DNA from: an uncultured bacterium
GTDB taxonomy: Bacteria; Omnitrophota; Omnitrophia; Omnitrophales; Aquincolibacteriaceae
Length of the DNA stretch: 64,000 nt
Assembly (NCBI GenBank): GCA_964434115.1
Contig: CAYSSX010000009.1
Span: 19,992-83,991 of the forward strand
Reading direction: 5' to 3'
Shown here: positions 59,729-64,000 of the stretch, piece after piece
How the letters are laid out: every line of letters starts with the position of its first letter
Numbering within the stretch: position 1 is the first letter of the stretch
Made by a program: the position numbers and the translations under genes
The notes under the pieces: model-generated
Database searches by the model: none
Told to the model about the DNA's origin: nothing
The model's input: the letters and a program-made list of their open reading frames with translations, nothing else

Positions 59729-61243
59729 TCAGGCGTGAAGAAACATCCGGTAAGCGGGGTTTTGGGTCTCATCTTCGTAGGGATAGCCGAGGCCGCGGAG
59801 TTTTTCTTCAAAGCGCTTTTTATCAGAAGGCGGCACCTGAAGGCCGGCCAGCACGCGCCCGTAATCCGCGCCGTGATTGCGGTAATGGAAAAGCGTGATG
59901 CTCCATTCGGAACCCACGCCATCGAGAAATTTAATCAGCGCGCCCGGCCGCTCCGGAAACTCAAAACGGAGAATCACTTCATCATTCAAAGCCGGTGCCC
60001 GGCCTCCAACCATATACCGGATGTGAAGTTTGGCGGTTTCATTGGAGCTGATATCAAGCACTTGATACCCCAGCTTTTCAAGCTGCGCGATGAGCCCCGC
60101 CTTTTCGGTCTTGGCATCATTTAATTTCACCCCCACAAAAACATGCGCTTCCTTGCCTGCGGCATAACGGTAGTTAAACTCCGTGATGGTCCGGTTTCCC
60201 AAAGTTTGAACAAACCGGCGGTAGCTCCCCGGCTCTTCCGGGATTGTCACCCCCAGCAGAATTTCGCGGGCCTCACCGACTTCCGCGCGCTCCGCGATGT
60301 GGCGAAGACGGTCGAAATTCATATTCGCGCCGCTGTTGATCGCGATCAAGGCTCCGGTCCGGTCCATGTTCCGGGCCGCATACGCTTTCAGCCCGGCAAG
60401 GGCAAGCGCGCCTGCGGGTTCCGCGATCACGCGCATATCCTCAAAAATATCTTTGACGGCCGCGCACATCTCGTCCGTGTCCACAACCAGAACATCATCC
60501 AGCAGGTCTTTGCACAGCCGGAAAGTCTCCTCGCCCGCCTGCCGCACCGCCACGCCATCCGCGAAAAGTCCGACGCGGTCCAGCACCACGCGCTCACCGG
60601 CTTCGATCGCGGCTTTCATGGAAGCTGCGTCCACCGGCTCCACGCCAATCACCCGGATCTCAGGCCTCAAAAATTTCACATACGTCGCCACGCCCGCCGC
60701 AAGACCGCCGCCCCCGATCGGCACAAAAATCGCTTCGATGGGCTCCGGGTGCTGCTGCACAATTTCCATCCCCACCGTGCCCTGCCCCGCGATTACATCG
60801 GGATCATCATAGGGATGAACAAATGTCCACCCATGCTTTCGTTCAAGCTCCCGGGAATGTTCATAGGCTTCGTCAAAGGTGTCTCCGTGAAGCACGACTT
60901 TGCCGCCCCAGTAACGGACCGCTTCAATCTTGATCGAAGGGGTGGTCACCGGCATCACAATCGTGGCCTGAATGCCCAGCTTTTGGGCGGACAGCGCCAC
61001 ACCTTGAGCATGATTTCCCGCGGAAGCACAAATCACACCCGCTTCGCGCGCTTGCTTAGAAAGGTTGGCCAGCCGGTTATAAGCGCCGCGAATCTTGAAA
61101 GAAAAAACAGGCTGGAGGTCTTCCCGCTTTAAAAGGACAGAGGCGTCCAGCCGCTGACTCATGCGCGTCATGCGGTCAAGCGGGGTCTGCACGGCCGCGT
61201 CATAGACCCTGGCATCAAGAATTTTTCGAATGTAACTGATCAT
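59729..61243 (-). CDS. ilvA: Threonine ammonia-lyase, biosynthetic (with two C-terminal ACT-like regulatory domains)
   Basis: FSFKIRGAYN PLP-lysine motif, GGGGLAAG glycine loop. 504 aa with a tandem regulatory C-terminus. Confidence 0.9.
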   Translation of the reverse strand: MISYIRKILDARVYDAAVQTPLDRMTRMSQRLDASVLLKREDLQPVFSFKIRGAYNRLANLSKQAREAGVICASAGNHAQGVALSAQKLGIQATIVMPVTTPSIKIEAVRYWGGKVVLHGDTFDEAYEHSRELERKHGWTFVHPYDDPDVIAGQGTVGMEIVQQHPEPIEAIFVPIGGGGLAAGVATYVKFLRPEIRVIGVEPVDAASMKAAIEAGERVVLDRVGLFADGVAVRQAGEETFRLCKDLLDDVLVVDTDEMCAAVKDIFEDMRVIAEPAGALALAGLKAYAARNMDRTGALIAINSGANMNFDRLRHIAERAEVGEAREILLGVTIPEEPGSYRRFVQTLGNRTITEFNYRYAAGKEAHVFVGVKLNDAKTEKAGLIAQLEKLGYQVLDISSNETAKLHIRYMVGGRAPALNDEVILRFEFPERPGALIKFLDGVGSEWSITLFHYRNHGADYGRVLAGLQVPPSDKKRFEEKLRGLGYPYEDETQNPAYRMFLHA

Positions 61244-61350
61244 AGGCTGGACCTTTTCCGGAGATCATCCCGAATCGTCGTTTCAACCGCCCGGAAAGAC
61301 ACCGCGCCTTCCCTGGTTAAGATCAAGATTAGAGGCTCCCGGCTGGACTG

Positions 61351-61734
61351 TCAATGCTTGTCCAGGCCCCACATTCCGGAACCCCGGCAGGCAATGTAGA
61401 GAAAAACAAAGCAGTAAAGGACGGCCAGCTCGCCCTGATTAATGGTAGGAAAAAACGCCGCCCCCCATTGAAACTTCCAGTGAAATTGGAAATACGCGAC
61501 CGCCATGGTTCCGCTCGCAAGAAAAGCCGCTGCCCGCGTTTTGAAACCGGCCATCACCAGAAAACCGCCGATGAGTTCGATCATGCCGCCGATCCAGATC
61601 TGTGACCCAAAGGCCGGATGATAATCCGTAAGCACGCCGAAAATTTTTTGAATCCCATGAAACAGAAACAGGGCCCCCGTGACTATTCGCAACAGGGCAT
61701 ACGCGGGACCTGAGAATTTCTCAAGAATTTTCAT
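61351..61734 (-). CDS. DoxX family membrane protein
   Basis: 127 aa, four TM, YALLRIVTGALFLFHGIQK motif. Confidence 0.8.
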   Translation of the reverse strand: MKILEKFSGPAYALLRIVTGALFLFHGIQKIFGVLTDYHPAFGSQIWIGGMIELIGGFLVMAGFKTRAAAFLASGTMAVAYFQFHWKFQWGAAFFPTINQGELAVLYCFVFLYIACRGSGMWGLDKH

Positions 61735-61773
61735 AGGACTCTCCTCATCAATTACGTAATCCTGTTCCGTATT

Positions 61774-62220
61774 TCAGTTTTTCGCCAACGCCATTCTGGA
61801 AAGCTCGGCTTCAATGCGGTCGAAGTTCTGCTCATTGGCTTTTGTCACAAAAGCCCTTAGCACCGCACATTCATCCGCAGACTTGAAGGTCATACGAAAG
61901 TTGACATCCGTACGCCCGGCATTCTCTTCAAAAGTGGCCGTCACGCGGAACTGCGGCTTTGAGAGATGATCAAACACAATGCGCTCTTGGGGAACTATTT
62001 CCACGAACACGCTTTTGTTATCGAAGTTCGTTCCGTCCGGGCCGTGCATGACAAAATTCCACTCGCCGCCGGGCCTGAGATCAAATTGATGAAAAGTGTT
62101 TGTGAAACCGTTAGGCCCCCACCAGCGGGCCAGATGTACGGGGTCTGTCCAGGCCTTCCAGACAAGCTGCCGGGGAAACGCGATCAAACGCCGGCTGATG
62201 ATTTCATTGTCTTCACTCAT
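61774..62220 (-). CDS. SRPBCC (AHSA1-like) domain protein
   Basis: VWKAWTDPVHLARWWGP motif of the Aha1/BPI-like START superfamily. Confidence 0.75.
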   Translation of the reverse strand: MSEDNEIISRRLIAFPRQLVWKAWTDPVHLARWWGPNGFTNTFHQFDLRPGGEWNFVMHGPDGTNFDNKSVFVEIVPQERIVFDHLSKPQFRVTATFEENAGRTDVNFRMTFKSADECAVLRAFVTKANEQNFDRIEAELSRMALAKN

Positions 62221-62741
62221 GCCTTCTCCGCCAGAACCTTCATATTGGCCAGGCCTTTTTCAAACTGTCCGCCCACCATTTTATCGCAATTCATCACTAA
62301 ACTCATAGCCTTGCCCATAAAATTATTTTTTCCGGACATGGTCCAAACCACGGTCGTCTGACCGCCCTCTTCCTTAAAAGTAAAAAGCGTGTCATTCGTT
62401 GCCGCGAAAGGTTTTTCAAACACAAGCTTGATCCGGATACGTTCGCCCGGAACACTTTCGGTGATCGTCATGTTTCCCACGCCCACATCCTTGTTCCCTT
62501 CCCACTTAAAATGGGCACCCGACCCCGCCTGAGGCCCGTCAAAAGTGTTCTTCGCGTTCGGATCCATCTTGGCCCAGGGCGACCAAGCCTCCCACTTATG
62601 AAAATCATTCACGTACGGGAAAATAGCTGAAGCAGGCGCTGCCATCACAGCCGACCGGGAAATACTAAACTCCGACGGTCTCGAAGATACGAGTATGATA
62701 AAAATCGCAACTGCTATAAGAAATGCCGCAAGAATATTCAT
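62217..62741 (-). CDS. SRPBCC-superfamily protein with signal peptide
   Basis: N-terminal signal/TM, then a polyketide-cyclase-like SRPBCC fold (FHKWEAWSPW...). Overlaps the neighbouring gene by 4 nt. Confidence 0.7.
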   Translation of the reverse strand: MNILAAFLIAVAIFIILVSSRPSEFSISRSAVMAAPASAIFPYVNDFHKWEAWSPWAKMDPNAKNTFDGPQAGSGAHFKWEGNKDVGVGNMTITESVPGERIRIKLVFEKPFAATNDTLFTFKEEGGQTTVVWTMSGKNNFMGKAMSLVMNCDKMVGGQFEKGLANMKVLAEKA

Positions 62742-62827
62742 TTTATTCTCCTTAATGGTACCGTTTACCTGGGGGACACGTAACTAAAGTTACTTGTCCC
62801 GCGTTGAACGGCCCCCAGACGTTTGGT

Positions 62828-63829
62828 TTATTTTATTTTTGCCAGATATTCGTCCAGCTGATTCCATGTTGCGGTAAACGCCTGCCGCATGCCCTCGCGC
62901 GCGTCTTCAAAAGTCTGGCGCTCTTCGGCTGTGGCATTGATGGGATAGCCGCACAGTGTCACCATGGTTTTATCACCGCACCCAAGCAGGGTCAGCGTAT
63001 TCAAAACCCCAAGCGGCCAGGTCTTGCTCAGGGGATGCCTTGTCACGCCGCCTTCGGCATTTGAAAACGAAACCACGAAAGTCACTTTCTCTTCCGGAAC
63101 AATCTCAAGATAAACAAAACGTCCCCACATCTCCTGTCCGTTTGGGGAGCTCATGCAGTATTGGAAAGTTCCGCCCGGCTGAAACTCCATTTTGCACCCC
63201 ACCCAACGGAATCCCTTGGGGCCCCACCACTGGGAAAGATGTTCAGACTCCGTGTTCGCACGCCAGACAAGATGCCTTGGCGCATCAAACACACGAACCA
63301 TCGTCAACCCACCCATCAGCTGGGTGAGTTTGTCCAGGCTCTGCGACCAGCCCTCCCGCATTCCAATCTTGAGCATCGAGTCACGCAAGGCCGCACTTTT
63401 ATAATGAAGCCTCACCGTCATCCGGGTTTCGCCGCGGGCTTCTTCAAACGTCACGGTCATGGGAATAATCAATTCCGGTTTCCCCTTGCCCCGGTCACGG
63501 CCGGGAAAAACCAGATCAAACCACTCTTCCGGATGTTCCGAACAATCGATCGTCATTTCCAGGCGCTCATTTTCCACAAGCCGCTGGAACTGGCCAAGGC
63601 AGGTGTAATCCTGCCCCTCCGGGGAGCGCATCACAATGCGGTACTTGCCGCCCGGCCTTGCGTCAATTTCGGAAACAGGGTTCGTGAAAAACGCCGGCCC
63701 CCACCACTGGGCCATAAACTTGGAATCCACCCACGCTTTATAAACACGCTCACGCGGTACGCCAAAAATGCGCGCAATCACAAAATCCGTGTCCGAAGCT
63801 TCCGCGGACACTTGCACTGCCTCGGTCAT
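62828..63829 (-). CDS. Tandem SRPBCC (two AHSA1-like domains) protein
   Basis: Two repeats, each with the W..WWGP motif (MAQWWGPAFF and LSQWWGPKGF). Probable start MTEAVQ. The track ORF starts 21 nt upstream and overlaps the DUF1428 stop. Confidence 0.75.
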   Translation of the reverse strand: MTEAVQVSAEASDTDFVIARIFGVPRERVYKAWVDSKFMAQWWGPAFFTNPVSEIDARPGGKYRIVMRSPEGQDYTCLGQFQRLVENERLEMTIDCSEHPEEWFDLVFPGRDRGKGKPELIIPMTVTFEEARGETRMTVRLHYKSAALRDSMLKIGMREGWSQSLDKLTQLMGGLTMVRVFDAPRHLVWRANTESEHLSQWWGPKGFRWVGCKMEFQPGGTFQYCMSSPNGQEMWGRFVYLEIVPEEKVTFVVSFSNAEGGVTRHPLSKTWPLGVLNTLTLLGCGDKTMVTLCGYPINATAEERQTFEDAREGMRQAFTATWNQLDEYLAKIK

Positions 63830-63839
63830 AACAGCTCCT

Positions 63840-64000
63840 TCATGCGGCATCGACGATTATCGTAAATCCGCCGACGGCCATGCGTTTGCAGTCAAAAGGC
63901 ATTTTTTTGGAATTGCAAATGGCACTCACGCGCGGATCTTTCATCACCTTTGCATTGACCTGATCACGGTGCGCGCGGGACTTGAACACCACCCAGGCAA
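63840..64000 (-). CDS. DUF1428 family protein, C-terminal part (N-terminus beyond window end)
   Basis: Minus-strand translation reads ...WVVFKSRAHRDQVNAKVMKDPRV...MPFDCKRMAVGGFTIIVDAA, matching the conserved YKSRAHRD / MPFD.KRM core of DUF1428. Confidence 0.65.
   Translation of the reverse strand, partial: AWVVFKSRAHRDQVNAKVMKDPRVSAICNSKKMPFDCKRMAVGGFTIIVDAA

Overview
This 64-kb window is a chromosomal segment of a Gram-negative bacterium of roughly 55-58% GC (by eye; evidence: TolC, TonB-ExbBD, a TonB-dependent receptor, a PEP-CTERM protein). Nearly all of it is coding, with clean intrinsic terminators and no rRNA, tRNA, CRISPR array, transposase or integrase that I can recognise. Coordinates I placed by hand may be off by 1-2 nt.

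Housekeeping operons:
- panB<-folD<-fchA (one-carbon and pantothenate metabolism).
- tsaB-alr-birA-coaX.
- An unusual groEL-groES-groEL locus behind a CIRCE operator.
- infA, a CarD/CdnL-like regulator, ilvA, a delta-9 fatty-acid desaturase and a PLP aminotransferase.

Envelope and carbohydrate genes:
- A GT2 glycosyltransferase overlapping a spore-photoproduct-lyase-like radical SAM gene.
- A 1083-aa protein with two GT2 domains, preceded by a stand-alone paralog of its middle domain.
- A PEP-CTERM protein, a YD-repeat protein and a Lys/Glu-repeat secreted protein.

Transport and ion homeostasis:
- A SulP/STAS anion transporter directly followed by a 1170-aa protein of unknown function, possibly PPi-type PEPCK-like.
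- MgtE, a CPA2 antiporter, GDT1/UPF0016, ArsC, ChrA, and an orphan sulfate-binding protein.

Periplasmic oxidative-repair operon:
- msrB, a Cache-HAMP-PP2C phosphatase, a glutathione peroxidase and an alpha/beta hydrolase.

Iron-uptake supra-operon (about 12 kb, all on the minus strand):
- A Fiu/PiuA-like TonB-dependent receptor, PiuC/YbiX, PiuB (PepSY), DUF4198, ExbB, ExbD and TonB, with a palindromic operator over its promoter.
- It abuts a TolC-MacA-MacB tripartite exporter.

The less-described elements worth follow-up are the SulP-linked 1170-aa protein and the di-GT2 giant. Next are a neighbourhood of PD-(D/E)xK-like small proteins (an Hjc/YraN-like nuclease and YaeQ) flanking a 597-aa acidic unknown, and a promoter-to-terminator small-ORF/sRNA unit downstream of cspA. 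A methyltransferase broken by a homopolymer-tract frameshift and a cluster of four SRPBCC paralogs plus DoxX are also flagged.
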